A stretch of 64,000 nucleotides of DNA from Felis catus (Eukaryota): the NCBI RefSeq assembly GCF_018350175.1, contig NC_058369.1, forward strand, positions 25,422,001 to 25,486,000. Direction: 5' to 3'. The notes under the pieces are model-generated. The model made no database searches, was not told the DNA's origin, and saw nothing but the letters and a program-made list of their open reading frames with translations. Positions 50,888 through 60,699 of this stretch are shown in pieces (the stretch's first letter is position 1; each line of letters begins with the position of its first letter). A program made the position numbers and the translations under genes.

Positions 50888-53800
50888 CCTCCCCCACTGG
50901 CACTCTCTCTCTCTCAAAAATAAATAAACATTAAAAAATTTTAAAAAATTAATTACAAAGAAATATGGGACTGAAGCTTTTTATTTTTTAAGCTTTATTC
51001 ATTCATTCATTCATTCATTTTTAAAATTTATTTATTTTTGAGAGAGAGTGCACGTATGAGCAGAGCAGGGGCGGGGCAGAGAGAGAGGGAGAGAGTGAGA
51101 ATCCCAAGCAGACTCTGCACTGTCAGCGTGGAGCCCAACACGGGACTCAAACTCATGAAACCTGAGATCATGACCTGAGTCAAAATCAAGAGTCAGAGGT
51201 CAACTAAATGAGCCACCCAGGCACCCCAAATTTTATTTATTTTTTTAAGAATTTATTTTTAGGGGCGCCTGAGTGGCGCAGTCGGTTAAGCGTCCGACTT
51301 CAGCCAGGTCACGATCTCGCGGTCTGTGAGTTCGAGCCCCGCGTCGGGCTCTGGGCTGATGGCTCCGAGCCTGGAGCCTGTTTCCGATTCTGTGTCTCCC
51401 TCTCTCTCTGCCCCTCCCCCGTTCATGCTCTGTCTCTCTCTGTCCCAAAAATAAATAAACGTTGAAAAAAAATTTAAAAAAAAAAAAGAATTTATTTTTA
51501 AGCAATTTCTACACCCAATGTGGGGCTCAAACTCACAACCCAAGATCAAGAGTTGCTTGCTCTACTGACTGAGCCAGCCAGGCACCCTGGGACTGAAACT
51601 TTTTAGAGATCTCAAAGGTGGAGAAAGATATTGTAGTTGCCAGCAAAGATAAGTCAGGTGCCATATTAAAATATTTAAAAGAGGCAGGGAGGACTAAAGC
51701 TAATCCTTCTATGCCTACATTTTGAGTGGGGGTGAAATAAAACTTAGAATAAAATGGAGGCTTTCTCCCTCTCTTTCTTTCAACTTTTCCTATTTTTAAA
51801 TACTCTGTAATGAATGCATATTACATATTAAGAAAAAAAAGTTATGTATTTTTTAATGGAAAGCATGGTGGAAATCCAACATAGGGAGGATGAATGAAGC
51901 TAGAGAAGGTTTACCTGTCATGAATGGAGTTGATGTAAAGGTTCACAAACCAGGTGAGAGAGTACTGGTACATGGGATCGATGTTAGCCAGGTCTGCAAT
52001 GCTGAAGAATAATACTGATGAATGTTTAGCAATGGGTCTGTAGCCTTCTCGAGACTCTGCTATTTTGAGTTCTGTTTTCTCTGCAATCTAGAAGAAGAGA
52101 AGAATCAAGATTAAGAAGTAGGAAATGTGTTTTTTTAATTATGTGTTTTTCATGTAATAAAGTTTATGTTAAAAAAAAAATAACCCTCTAACTCAAAGGC
52201 AAAATTACAGAGGTATGGTTTACAAGGAAAGGTTTTAGTATGCTAGAAGCTGGAAAGACAGAAAGACAAAAAGAAAGAAAGACAGAAACAAAGAGGGAGA
52301 GAGAGAAAGGGGGAGGGAGAGAGGGAGGAAAAAGGAAAAGGAAGGAAAGAATTAGGAAGGGAGGGAAGAGGAAGAAGGGAGGGAGAAAAATCAATGAAAA
52401 ATAGTTTAAGGTTGTGTTTCTTGTTTGGGGAATACCAGAGCTGTCAATCTTTGCTTTTTTTGTCTGGATCTGACATGTGTCTACTATAGTCACTCATCTT
52501 CTTTGATTTCAATAGGTCAGAGAGAGGGAGAAAGAGAGAAAGAAAGAGGGAGAGGGAGGGAGAGAGAGAGAAGGAGGGAGGGAGGGGGGAGGGGGGAGGG
52601 AGAGAATGTGCACATGTGTATGTTTAAGGTGTCAACATGTGTACCAGAACCCAGCAAAAGTCTGAGAAAGTAGATTTCACAAATATTTGTTAGCTGATGG
52701 GGTTACAGAACAGTACCTTTTCAATTAGCTTCTTGTATGTTTAACATTTCTGGACATAGTAGGGGTGTTAATATTGGACCCCAAAAGAAAAAACTTCTGA
52801 AAGATAACAGCTCTTCAGCTGACAACTCTATCTGATAGAATGCTATTCTATAGGAAAAATGTGTAGAGCACTTATTCAATCCACTTTTCCTTCTTTGGAC
52901 ACACTATCTACAGACTCTGCTGAATGAGTGTGCCTGGGTAGTCATGTTTATACTGAATGATCCTCTTTGTAGCTGATTCAGTCAGGAAGTAGAGATAGAA
53001 CTGGGCCGAAGATAAGCTAAATCAATTCTTCCCCCAGAGAATTAGAATTTTAAGAGCCTCAGAAGCTGAAGTCAAGTGGTACTGGGCATTAGTGCTAATA
53101 AAAGGTAATGGAACCAAAGCCGGTTTCTACAGGCAAGACAAATGTTTGAAGGAACAGATGTAAATAAAGTGTTACCAGAGAAATTGGTTTTAAGATGGAG
53201 GGGCACATATGAGGACTACACAGTCTTAGAGAGGGGCAGACAAAGAGCATAGAAATGTTCCATTTATTCTTGAGGCCGGTATGTACTTCTGTAATTGGGG
53301 AAATAAAATGCTCCCTTGTATCTTTTTTTTTTTTTTTTTTCAATTTGAGCATAGTTGACACACAATGTTACATTAGTTTCAGGTATAAATATAGTGACTG
53401 GACAAGTTGATACATTATGCTATGTTCACCACAAGTATAGCTACCATCTGTCAGTATACAACACTATTACAATGTTTTTGACTATATTCCTTATGCTGTC
53501 CTTGTATCTTTTTTATTTGAGCTAATTTGAGTGTGCTTCTGTTCCTTGCAAACAAACTTTCTCCAGAGTTATACTTGGAGAAAATTGAAAAAGAGTCAAA
53601 AGGTTGCTAGGACTCTTTTTTCACCTGCTGTTTCTTTGTTATCTCATTGGACATCATTTTAGCAGAGTCTAAGACTTTAATTGCACTTTCGTCTTCTAAA
53701 ATGTTGCCTTCTGAAGATGATAATGTTTCTAGAATTTTCTTCTCTATATCTTTTAGCTGTTTCTTATTAGCTGCAGACTGAAGAATAAGGGCATTTCGTT

Positions 53801-56789
53801 CCTCTTCTAATTCTGGTCTAAAAAAATAGAAACATTTAGTCTAAACTTGCAGTATTTTATCAAGTTCATATCTAAATACTAGGTATCACAATTTTGTAGA
53901 CATTTAAATAATTTTGTAGAAATGTAACACAAACTAAGATATATAACACAAACTTTATCCTAAGGAAAAAGGTTATTTCCATACAAATGATAGTTTGAGA
54001 AACATGAGCAAAAAATGATCATTAAATTCACATATGTGAAATGTGGCAATAACTTAATAAGCCTAAGAATGCGCTATGTTTATCCATACGGCTTAGATAG
54101 TTTTGTGAGGATAAGAACTGGAGAAGAAACACAACAGAAAACTTCTTATCTATTCTTTGGCTTTTTCATATTCAGTGTTACTTTCATTATCTCTTCCGCA
54201 AGAGCAGAATCAGAAAAGATGACTCATCATACAATTGTCTCTCCAGGTAAAAGACAAAATTGGCACTTAACATCTTTACAAATGTAGTATAAAACTTCAA
54301 AATATCATAATTCACCATGTTCAGGAATATGTTAGGACATGGTTCTGTCTTGGATACTATACAAGTGGGATTCAAATATTGGAAGTAACAAAAGTAACAC
54401 ACGATTACATAATTTCCCTTATAATTTGGTTTCATAAAATAGAGTGCTTGATAATGCTATGTGAAGCTCCAAGTGGAATCAAAGATTTCTTTCAGGAAGC
54501 AATCCTTTACTAGTAGCCCTATTAGGTATTTTAATATCTTTTTCTCATTTAAAACATAACACATGCTAGTAATGGAAAAATACATAAAGTATAAAAAAAA
54601 TAATTAAAATTATCCACAATCTTGCCACCCTTAGAGATGACCACTGTTAACATTCTGGCATAGTCCCTCCCAAGTGGACAGATATATATACATATAATTC
54701 ATGCATTAACTTTTTTTTTAACAAAATATTACCCATACCATGTATAGTTTTGCATCCTGTTTTTTCATTCTTATCTAAGTATTTCATCACTCATTCTTAT
54801 TTCACTATTTCACTATATAACTCAACTATTTCATTATTTCATTAAAATCCTATATTTAAGTCTTTCAACACATTTCTGATTTTGTCCACAGCATATATTC
54901 TTAGGGATGAACTCTTTGGCTCAAACAATCAGATACAAGTCTGAAGTCATGGCATGTCTCCTGAATCCTACTACCCATACTAGGAGCCCAATATAACATG
55001 GTTGGCTTATGACTTACTTGTTACAGAATGGCTATTTTATTTTAGTTTTTATGTTTATTTTTATTTTTTGAGAGAGGGTGAGCGCATGCAAGTGGGGGGT
55101 GGGGAGAAGGAAGGGGAGGGAGAGAATCCCAAGCACAGGGTACAATCTCACGATCATGAGATCATGACCTGAGCTGAAATAAGAGGTGGACACTCAACTG
55201 AATGAGCCACCCAGGTACCCCCAGAACAGCTATTTTAAAGGATTACATACTTATTTTATAACAATACATAAAATTTGACAAGGTTTTGGAATAATCACAT
55301 AACAAAAGTATTAATGACCTACAAATATTCCTCTTTAGGCCATCTGGAAGCATATAAGGAAATGTATACACTTCACTCATATGAGGACTTTAAGATACAA
55401 AACAGATGAACATAAGGGAATGGAAGCAAAAATAATATAAAAACAGGGAGGGGGACAAAACATAAGAGACTCTTAAATATGGAGAACAAACAGAGGGTTG
55501 CTGGAGGGGTTGTGGGAGGGGGGATGGGCTAAATGGGTAAAGGGCATTAAGGAATCTACTCCTGAAATCATTGTTGCACTATATGCTAACTAACTTGGAT
55601 GTAAATTTAAAAAAATAAAGAAAATTAAAAAAAAATACACACCTCTCCTTTGCAACAACAATACCTAGTAACTGATCTTCAAGTCCTTCCGGAGTTATCA
55701 TGAAATTGAGCAAAGACACCTTTGTAGCCAGTTCTGGCATAAAGTGTGGATTTCTCAGTTTTGTGGTGATATAAAACTTGAAATCAAAGGAATACTCAAT
55801 AATGACCTCACCAAGTCTGATGCAGTCAATGCCACCTATATTTCAGAAAGCAAACACATGATAAGTAAGCCACAGTTGTATAGCTCCTCCATGTTAAGGC
55901 CATTCCTGAGATAAGTAACGGGTCTTAAAGTAATATAAAATAGAATAGAGGTGTGACAAAAGTCATGGACACACAGGCAAATAGGCAATTATACAGCAGG
56001 ACTCATTCATTCTGGAGTGGTCTAAGACATTTTCTGTCGTTGTCATGGAGGCTTCTAAGTCAAAATTCCTTTTGATCTTACCTCCTCTATAAATTTTCAA
56101 TCATGAGTCCAAGATTATTTGTATATTACTAAAGCTCTTAAAAATACTAGAGTTTGGCAGAGATAAAAATTTTTACAAGCAGAAAGATGTAAGGTTGGCA
56201 CTATCTACCCAAAGTAAACTCTGGTCCACATTAACCATTACTATTCATACTAATGGACTTTCTGAGCTCCATGGTCACAAGATAAAGTAATTTCAGGCTG
56301 GCTTCAACTTCTTTATATTCTCTACTGAACAACCATCTAGATAACAGTGGTTAACATAATGAACAGAGGGCAAGATATTTATTTTAGAATATCTGACCAA
56401 AATTCATTCCTGATACTTGTTTCAAATTTCCTTTCACACATAACAATGACCCAGAAGTTTGAGTTATTAACATTATTCTTAAATTTATGTAGTGGCTTTC
56501 TTGCCTCAAAGATATGTCTTAAAGATAATCCAACCATCTTTCAGTGCTACCAGCTAATATTAATGAACTTCTACCTTGCTTAAAAGTTTGTCTAAGTAGT
56601 AAAGGCTCCAAAGATGGGTCCAGTTCTTCACCAACATTTTCTAATAGAAGTGGAGTTCCAAACTGAATACAATTTTCCAGTGTTCTCATATAGTCCGAAT
56701 CAGATAACTTAATAATGCTAAGCTGATTTTCTTTTTCCGAGTTTTTGATCCACTTATTGGCTTGACCCTGAGGGTCAATCATTAAGGGC
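2176..56789 (-). CDS. DNAH12: Axonemal dynein heavy chain 12, 3' portion (19 spliced exons; gene continues beyond the window)
   Basis: 19 GT-AG exons total 3124 nt (1 nt + 1040 codons + stop) with compatible phases. Dynein motifs: [44 protein letters not shown]. The C-terminus [35 protein letters not shown] matches my recollection of DNAH12 better than paralogs DNAH3/DNAH7. Confidence 0.92.
3439..3849 (-). mobile_element. Felid-type L1 3' end fragment with internal (GT)n
   Basis: L1 3'UTR similar to 55372-55634 in reverse; TSD taaaaaatttttt at 3426-3438 and 3850-3862. Confidence 0.85.
4195..4262 (-). CDS. DNAH12: DNAH12 exon ([23 protein letters not shown])
   Basis: ttcacag|TGG...CCAA|gtaaat, 68 nt, phases fit neighbours; absent from ORF track. 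Confidence 0.93.
5890..5981 (-). CDS. DNAH12: DNAH12 exon ([30 protein letters not shown])
   Basis: ccttcag|GTT...ACAAG|gtcagg, 92 nt. Confidence 0.94.
6423..6560 (-). CDS. DNAH12: DNAH12 exon ([25 protein letters not shown]...GYEFE)
   Basis: cttccag|GAC...GAG|gtacaa, 138 nt. Confidence 0.95.
7450..7680 (+). mobile_element. Carnivore L1 3' end fragment
   Basis: gcaaaccataagagattctta...gatgagcactgggtgttgtatgg, AATAAA and A-rich tail. Confidence 0.8.
7755..8263 (+). mobile_element. Old MaLR (MLT1-type) LTR relic
   Basis: gggcatgtga...ggccaatga, gagaacctacctgagaatggagtcaac, aataaac, ttgcaacagaa...ctaaatgataca; similar relics near 20400-20900, 26780-27660 and 52900-53570. Confidence 0.55.
8965..9160 (-). 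mobile_element. MIR relic (others near 4490, 14230/15150, 16740, 50220, 60385, 63170)
   Basis: cccattttacagacaaggaaactggag...ccaagtcacacag core. Confidence 0.7.
12183..12221. repeat. (CA)n microsatellite
   Basis: Pure run of about 19 units. Confidence 0.95.
12231..12435 (-). CDS. DNAH12: DNAH12 exon ([23 protein letters not shown]...RLNFLQ)
   Basis: tttgcag|TTT...CAG|gtaaag, 205 nt. Confidence 0.95.
14029..14132 (-). CDS. DNAH12: DNAH12 exon ([34 protein letters not shown])
   Basis: ctcttag|CTA...CAA|gtaagg, 104 nt. Confidence 0.94.
14344..15147. mobile_element. Tigger2-family (Tc1/mariner) non-autonomous DNA transposon containing two SINEs
   Basis: TIRs cagttaacccttgaa / ttcaagggtcaactg, TA on both sides; interrupts a MIR. 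Confidence 0.85.
16888..17076 (-). CDS. DNAH12: DNAH12 exon ([19 protein letters not shown]...EDILNK)
   Basis: ctggtag|AAA...AAG|gtgatg, 189 nt. Confidence 0.94.
17361..17594 (-). CDS. DNAH12: DNAH12 exon (LFINEY...[12 protein letters not shown]...EFIK)
   Basis: gtttcag|TTA...AAG|gtaact, 234 nt. Confidence 0.95.
17918..18125. mobile_element. MER20 (hAT-Charlie) DNA transposon
   Basis: ggggcaattttgtccccaaggggacatctggcaatatctggggacatttt...actgccatctagtggg...tgcacaggacag. Confidence 0.85.
21067..21204 (-). CDS. DNAH12: DNAH12 exon ([38 protein letters not shown]...QLQ)
   Basis: actaaag|GCA...CAG|gtaaaa, 138 nt. Confidence 0.93.
23444..23660 (+). mobile_element. Young Felidae Can-SINE
   Basis: CpG-rich tRNA-like head, (CT)n, A-tail; perfect TSD a10ggttga. 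Confidence 0.95.
24159..24299 (-). CDS. DNAH12: DNAH12 exon ([24 protein letters not shown]...GKEL)
   Basis: tctttag|TTC...CTG|gtaatg, 141 nt. Confidence 0.94.
24677..25388 (+). mobile_element. Three head-to-tail Can-SINEs
   Basis: Heads at about 24677, 24916 and 25150, each preceded by a copy of aagatac..acgt. Confidence 0.93.
25425..25636 (-). mobile_element. Young Felidae Can-SINE
   Basis: Same subfamily as 23444; TSD catactgtgtgttt. Confidence 0.95.
25924..26177 (-). CDS. DNAH12: DNAH12 exon, AAA6 region (SLGQGQG...WVCLQNCHL...[12 protein letters not shown])
   Basis: ctcttag|GC...AAA|gtatgt, 254 nt. Confidence 0.95.
26388..26538 (-). CDS. DNAH12: DNAH12 exon (ITPAITNYV...[14 protein letters not shown])
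   Basis: ttaacag|ATA...GCCA|gtaagt, 151 nt. Confidence 0.95.
26975..27400. mobile_element. Head-to-head Can-SINE pair (minus 26975-27184, plus 27201-27400)
   Basis: Two tRNA-like heads 16 bp apart. Confidence 0.93.
27729..28265 (+). mobile_element. ERV1 solo LTR (MER34-like)
   Basis: TG...CA ends; gcccaaataagcagatttttagccattt motif; flanks ggtta/gatta; interrupts old L1-like sequence. Confidence 0.65.
30097..30712 (+). mobile_element. ERVL MLT2-type solo LTR with nested SINE
   Basis: tgtggtagttaattttaggtgtca...gttggttctgtttctctggagaatcctgac; SINE TSD tgagattaattttt. Confidence 0.8.
31844..32951 (+). mobile_element. 5'-truncated, 5'-inverted LINE-1 (carnivore type) hosting the 7SK copy
   Basis: Antisense L1 piece about 31844-32293 (interrupted by 7SK), then sense L1 3' end with AATAAA and A-rich tail; TSD aaagatttttgtg at 31831-31843 and 32952-32964. 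Confidence 0.85.
31915..32244 (-). pseudogene. RN7SK: 7SK snRNA processed pseudogene, full length (330 nt)
   Basis: Minus strand reads GGATGTGAGGGCGATCTGGCTGCGACATCTGTCACCCC...GGCAGTCTGCCTTTCTT, then A14 (31901-31914); direct repeat tcttctgccca(T-run) at 31890-31900 and 32245-32255. Confidence 0.97.
34381..34525 (-). CDS. DNAH12: DNAH12 exon ([16 protein letters not shown]...ILRCLRPDK)
   Basis: ccattag|GGA...AAG|gtaaaa, 145 nt. Confidence 0.94.
34649..34807 (-). CDS. DNAH12: DNAH12 exon ([17 protein letters not shown]...AFKELR)
   Basis: aatacag|GGC...CAG|gtattt, 159 nt. Confidence 0.93.
34875..37435 (+). mobile_element. Old eutherian L1 (L1M-type) relic: 5' region, ORF1 remnants, ORF2 start, then a 3' end fragment
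   Basis: Decayed endonuclease-like ORF at 36711-36908 ([15 protein letters not shown]); L1M-like 3'UTR at about 37190-37435. Confidence 0.7.
37440..42870 (+). mobile_element. Long decayed LINE-1 (ORF1 end, ORF2, 3'UTR) interrupted by four SINEs
   Basis: ORF2 peptides in track ([56 protein letters not shown]); many stops and frameshifts. Confidence 0.92.
37937..37990. repeat. (TTTC)n tetranucleotide repeat from a SINE tail; a similar one lies at about 49255-49345
   Basis: Direct reading. Confidence 0.9.
42880..47400 (+). mobile_element. Second long decayed LINE-1 ORF2/3' region (older L1M-type)
   Basis: RT peptide [22 protein letters not shown] at 45214-45621; LRGKF at 44019; interrupted by a SINE and an MLT LTR. 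Confidence 0.9.
44491..44884 (-). mobile_element. MaLR solo LTR (MLT1A-like) inserted in L1 ORF2
   Basis: tgtgttagt...aaagtaccatacactgg...tgtcctcacatggcc...attcagtccataac; L1 sequence resumes on both sides. Confidence 0.8.
47794..47934 (-). CDS. DNAH12: DNAH12 exon ([10 protein letters not shown]...[21 protein letters not shown])
   Basis: ctttcag|TAA...TCT|gtaagt, 141 nt; absent from ORF track. Confidence 0.94.
48027..48066. repeat. (CA)n microsatellite
   Basis: Direct reading. Confidence 0.95.
48669..48734. repeat. Compound (CATA)n(GCAA)n repeat
   Basis: Direct reading. Confidence 0.9.
48735..49500 (+). mobile_element. Old L1 (L1MC-like) 3' end with inserted short SINE
   Basis: catgacccagcaactgcactcctgggcatttatcc...aaaaggaacaaactactg...tgtgaatctacatttatctcaaaa. 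Confidence 0.75.
50495..51588. mobile_element. Cluster of five Can-SINEs (+,+,-,+,-)
   Basis: Five heads of the gggtggctcag type within 1.1 kb. Confidence 0.9.
51262..51485 (+). mobile_element. Young Felidae Can-SINE
   Basis: TSD aagaatttattttta at 51247-51261 and 51486-51500. Confidence 0.95.
51915..52087 (-). CDS. DNAH12: DNAH12 exon (IAEKTELKI...[22 protein letters not shown])
   Basis: cttctag|ATT...CAG|gtaaac, 173 nt. Confidence 0.95.
53320..53500 (-). mobile_element. Short L1 3' end fragment (a related copy lies at about 34145-34322)
   Basis: T-run then aatttgagcatagttgac...gactatattcc; flanking repeat cttgtatcttttt. Confidence 0.75.
53625..53817 (-). CDS. DNAH12: DNAH12 exon ([11 protein letters not shown]...SEGNILEDE...TKKQQ)
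   Basis: tttttag|ACC...CAG|gtgaaa, 193 nt. Confidence 0.95.
55372..55634 (+). mobile_element. Felid-type L1 3' end fragment abutting a DNAH12 splice donor
   Basis: L1 3'UTR, AATAAA, A-tail ending 8 nt from the exon; short flanking repeat atacac. Confidence 0.88.
55643..55835 (-). CDS. DNAH12: DNAH12 exon, AAA5 (GIDCIRLG...[12 protein letters not shown]...[15 protein letters not shown])
   Basis: aatatag|GTG...GAG|gtgtgt, 193 nt. Confidence 0.95.
56575..56789 (-). CDS. DNAH12: DNAH12 exon, AAA5 ([15 protein letters not shown]...[12 protein letters not shown])
   Basis: attctag|GCC...AAG|gtagaa, 215 nt. Confidence 0.95.
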
Positions 56790-56944
56790 CTAGAATATAA
56801 TAAGAAAAATTCTGAGGGAAATAAATAGATGTCGGTATTTCTTTAAAATTATGTAATTTAAATAATAAACATCACCATCAATCTGTATCAATGCAAAGTG
56901 TTTACGTACATTATCAGGATTAATCTTCACGAGAGTCCTATGAG

Positions 56945-57477
56945 AAAAAAGTAAACACTTTCTTATACTATACACAAAAATAAATTCAAAATGGATGAAA
57001 GACCTAAATGTGACACAAAACCACCCTAGAGGAGAGCAATAACCTCTTTGACATTGGCTGTCACTACTTCTTACTAGATATGTCTCTTGAGGCAAGGGAA
57101 ACAAAAGCAAAAATAAACTATTGGGACTTCATCAAGACAAGATGCTTCTGCACAGAAAAGGAAACAATCAATAAAATGAAAAGGCAACTGACAGAATGGA
57201 AGACTATGTTTGCAAATGACATATCTGATAAAGAGTCTCCAAAATCTATAAAGAACTTATCAAACTCAACACCCAGAAATATCTAGCTAAAAAATGGGCA
57301 GGGGCACCTAGGTGGCTCACTGGGTTAAGCATCTGCCTCTTGATTTCAGCTCAGGTCATGATCTCATGTTTCATGGGTTCAAGTACCACGTCAGGTTCTA
57401 TGCTGATAGTGCAAAGCCTGCTTAGGATTCTCTGTCCCTCTCTCTCTGCCCCTCCCCTGCTCATGCATGCATATGCG

Positions 57478-57528
<51 letters not shown>

Positions 57529-57930
57529 TGTATATAAATGGTAGAAGACATGAATAGATTTTCCCAAAGAAGACATAAAAATGGCTAGCACACACATGAA
57601 AACGCGCTCAACACCACTCAACATTCAGGAAATACAAATCAAAACCATAATGAAGAGAACCTGGGTGGCTCAGTCTGTTAAGCATCCAGCTCTTGATTTT
57701 GGCTCAGGTCATGATCTCCTGGTTGTGAGATCAAGCACCGCATTGGGCTCCATGCTGGGTGTGGAGCCTGCTTAAGATTCTCTCTCTCCCCCTTCCTCTG
57801 CCCCTCCCCTGCTCATGCACATTCTATCTCTCTCTCTCTCTCTCAAAAAAAACTGCAATGAGATATCACCTCATACCAGTTAGAATGTCTAAAATTAACA
57901 ACACAGGAAATAAGAGGTGTTGGGGAGAAT
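56945..57930 (+). mobile_element. Carnivore L1 ORF2 3' fragment with two nested SINEs
   Basis: ORF 57080-57286 ([15 protein letters not shown]) is L1 ORF2-like. Confidence 0.85.
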
Positions 57931-58629
57931 GTGCAATTTTTGTCATTTATCTTTGAAATGAAGAAAGTCAGTCTCAGGGAGTACTTTGTCCAAGGTTCCA
58001 AAATTAGTTCCAAGTCAGAAGTAGAATCTTGTGAACCTGTAAGCTGTGCTCTTTCAAATATAATGCATGGTCTTCATGGTAATCTTAATAAATGACATCT
58101 ATTAACATAATATGAAACATAAACCTATTTATTTGATAAAAACTTAAAATGGGAGCTACCAGCCTATAATGGATTCCCTCAGGTTATGAGTAGAACCAAA
58201 AACTAAGTTTCCAAATTTTGTCTAGTATGTACTTGAGACCTATTAAAAATTTTTTTTAATGTTTATTTATTTTTGAGACAGAGAGAGACAGAGCATGAAC
58301 GGGGGAGGGGCAGAGAAAGAGGGAGACACAGAACCGGAAGCAGGCTCCAGGCTCTGAGCCATCAGCCCAGAGCCCGACGCGGGGCTCGAACTCATGGACC
58401 GCGAGGTCATGACCTGAGCTGAAGTCGGATGCTTAACCGACTGAGCCACCCAGGCGCCCCTTGAGACCTATTTAGTAAATTTTTCTATGCCATTATGGTA
58501 AAGGTGTTGTTATCAATAACAAACAATTCATGGTTTCGGATATTTAAAAAATAATGTGCTTTCCTCTTTTTCTATGATGATATTGACTGTCCTAGGTTCC
58601 TTTTATATTCAGTACAGTTTATGAAATCA

Positions 58630-59275
58630 TTCCCACTATTGGTGGGAATGCAAACTTGTACAGCCACTCTGGAAAACAGTATGGAGATATCTCAAAAAGT
58701 TAAAAATAGAACTACCCTATGATCCAGTAATGGTACTACTAGGTAATTACCCAAAGGATATAAAAATACTGATTTGAAGGGGCACATGTATCCCCATGTT
58801 TATAGCAGCATTACTAACAATAGCCAAATTATGGAAAGAGCCCAAATGTCCATTGACTCATGAATGGATAAAGAAGATGTGGAACATTACTCAGCCATCA
58901 AAAAGAATGAAATCTTGCCATTTGCAATGACATGGATAGAGTTAGAGTATATTATGCTAAGCAAAATAAGTCAGAGAAAGACAAATACTATATGATTTCA
59001 CTCATAAGTGGAATTTAAGAAAAAAAACAGATGGGGGAAAACAAAGAGAGACAAACCAAGCAACAGATTCTTAACTATAGAAAACGAACTGAGGGTTACT
59101 GGAGGGGAGCTGAGTGGAGGGTTAAATAGGTGATGAGGATTAAGGAGGGCATTTGTTGTGATGAGCATTAGGTGTTGTATGTAAGTAAGGAATCGCCAAA
59201 TCCTATACCTGAAACTAATATTACACTGTATGTTAACTAACTGAATTTAAATAAAAACTTGAAAAAGAAAAAAAA
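58630..59275 (+). mobile_element. Carnivore L1 3' end
   Basis: Closely similar to 32295-32950; AATAAA and A-tail. Confidence 0.88.
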
Positions 59276-60699
59276 GACAGAACAATCCAATTATTAGCTG
59301 ACTGGTTGTTTTCATTCCCAGCTCAAATTGTGCTGAAATCCTATTAAAAATACAAAAAGGTCCAGATACTAGTTAAAATTTACTTTTGCTATCACAGCAA
59401 ATAGTGGAAAAGTGTTCTGGAAATGAGAAAGTTATTTTGCATACAACTGCTTAAAAATTTTTTTTATGTTTACTTATTTTTAAGAGCAAGAGAGAGCATG
59501 AGGAGAGGGGCAGAGAGAGGGGAGGGGCAGAGAGAGGGGAGGGGTGAGAGAGGGGGGAAACACACAATCTGAAGAAGGCTCCAAGCTCTGAGCTGTCAGC
59601 ACAGAGCCCGACACGGGGTTCGAACTCACAGAATGTGAGATCATGACCTGAGCCAAAGTTGGACGCTTAACCAACTGAGCCACCCAGGCACCCCAGCATA
59701 TAACTGCTTAAAAATGGACTAGATGCTCTTAGTACTTTTCACGGTCCTGTTTGAAGGAATTGGTTTTCATTTTTATATATCCTTATCATTGGAAAAATAT
59801 AGTATTGTTGACTCCCTTTCAATAAGTAACAATTTTTGTAAATTAACACTTAATACTAATCAACGTTTTTGTTAATAAATAAATTAACAATGTGCTGACA
59901 GCTCAGAGCCTGGAGCCTGCTTTGGATTCTGTGTCTCCCTCTCTCTTTGCCCCTCCCCTGCTCATGCTCTGTCTCAAAAATAAACAAACATTTAAAAAGT
60001 TTTTAAAAAAACACCAGAAATCCAATTCCAACTTAATACACTCTTATGTATTACATACATAAGTGGAAAACTGAGTTGTATCCAGAGAGACGAGACCTTG
60101 CCATAGCATTTGTATTTCAAGCATACCTTACTATAGGTATGACAGTATGCTAGCCTACATTTGAGATCTTTGGGCAGTCTGAATTAAAAAGCATTATCCA
60201 TCTATGCTTCTGACACAGGAAGTAATTTGGGGCAAATAAAAGCATTGCTGTTAAGTAGCCAGAACGATGTGTTAATAAAGCAGCAAAGTATTTTCATTGT
60301 GGTTAAAAAGTAAGCAAAGTCAGATTTTGAGGTATAGACACTAAAATGAGGAATTTGAAGATGATAATTAGTTTTAAAAATTAATATTTATTGAGCACTT
60401 ATTTGTGCTGGGCACTTTCTCACAACATTTCTATGAGGTAGGAGTTATTATTATCCCCATTTACAGGAGGGGCACCTAAGGCATTGAGAGGTCAAGTAAG
60501 TTACCAAAATCTCAAGACAGAAAGTGACGGGAAAATTTGAATTTGCCTATCCCGACACTAGAATCTGTACTGCTGTGACCACTGCACAATATCATAAACA
60601 GATAAACCTCTAGAAATCATGAACAAGCACAATAAGGATTAATTATAAACCATAGTTCTCACTGAGTAGCTAAATAATAAAAAAAAAATCCTCCGGCTA

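Larger units (their letters stand above)
1381..60010. repeat. About 40 further dispersed Can-SINEs (approximate starts): 1381+, 1768-, 3863-, 4752+, 5216-, 7211-, 9325+, 9960-, 11165+, 11762-, 12603-, 13362+, 14440-, 14665-, 16505-, 18230+, 19386+, 20145-, 21857+, 22176-, 23188+, 24405-, 25668+, 28888+, 29362-, 30205-, 31542+, 33668-, 35837+, 37713+, 37990-, 39743+, 39955+, 43040+, 47405-, 49345-, 55040-, 57301+, 57655+, 58245-, 59452-, 59890+
   Basis: ggggcacctgggtggctcagtcggtt head, (CT)n and A/T tail, many with TSDs; they explain most MAQSV/MGAW-type ORFs in the track. Confidence 0.9.
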
